DNA of 64,000 nt from Macrostomum lignano (lineage: Eukaryota): contig NIVC01002658.1 in the NCBI GenBank assembly GCA_002269645.1, positions 62,001 through 126,000 of the forward strand, written 5' to 3'. A program made the position numbers and the translations under genes. Under the pieces are notes generated by a model, which was not told the origin of the DNA, searched no databases, and worked only from the letters and a program-made list of their open reading frames with translations. The stretch's first letter is position 1. Each line of letters opens with the position of its first letter. Below are positions 63,890 to 64,000 of the stretch, in pieces.

Positions 63890-64000
63890 CTTCTTCTCGG
63901 CTTATGTTGGGCAGGTACCAGTACTGAGATGTGTCGTTGACAAACTTCAACATACCGCCAGGCGATGGCGGATCAAAGTCGAAATGGCTGCCACCACCGG
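63890..64000 (-). CDS. TNS: Tensin, exon encoding the SH2 N-terminus (5' truncated by window edge)
   Basis: ...LKFVNDTSQYWYLPNISREE, donor GTACGG at 63889; G|CC joins to AIAIL in the next exon. Confidence 0.9.

Overview
Eukaryotic (metazoan invertebrate) genomic DNA with GT-AG introns, GC-rich exons and a very high load of tandem repeats. The style is reminiscent of the flatworm Macrostomum lignano, but that is an inference, not proven. Most long ORFs in the supplied track are artefacts of tandem repeats. Hand-splicing recovers seven genes: CLEC16A (minus, 4 exons), RNF11 (plus, 3 exons, divergent from CLEC16A), an intronless 4-TM orphan (minus), a DMSR/Srw-type peptide GPCR (plus, 2 exons), two tandem paralogous signal peptide-CUB-TM genes (plus, 5 exons each), and the 3' part of a tensin (SH2-PTB; minus, 5 exons, running off the window end). 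A ~14.5 kb array of a 47-bp satellite is interrupted by an intact 1.6-kb non-autonomous LTR element (315-bp LTRs, PBS, PPT, 5-bp TSD). Also present: hAT-type MITEs, a foldback element that seeded a 10-bp satellite, two inverted copies of a tRNA-like SINE, and about 25 unrelated micro/minisatellites, many filling introns. There is no CRISPR, rRNA or bona fide tRNA. The best leads are a probable single-base frameshift hiding a ~320-aa repeat-rich CLEC16A tail, the TRIM-like element, the Cys-rich single-CUB membrane pair, and a nested higher-order pattern in a binary 41-bp intronic satellite. All coordinates were read by hand; repeat boundaries and copy numbers are approximate.
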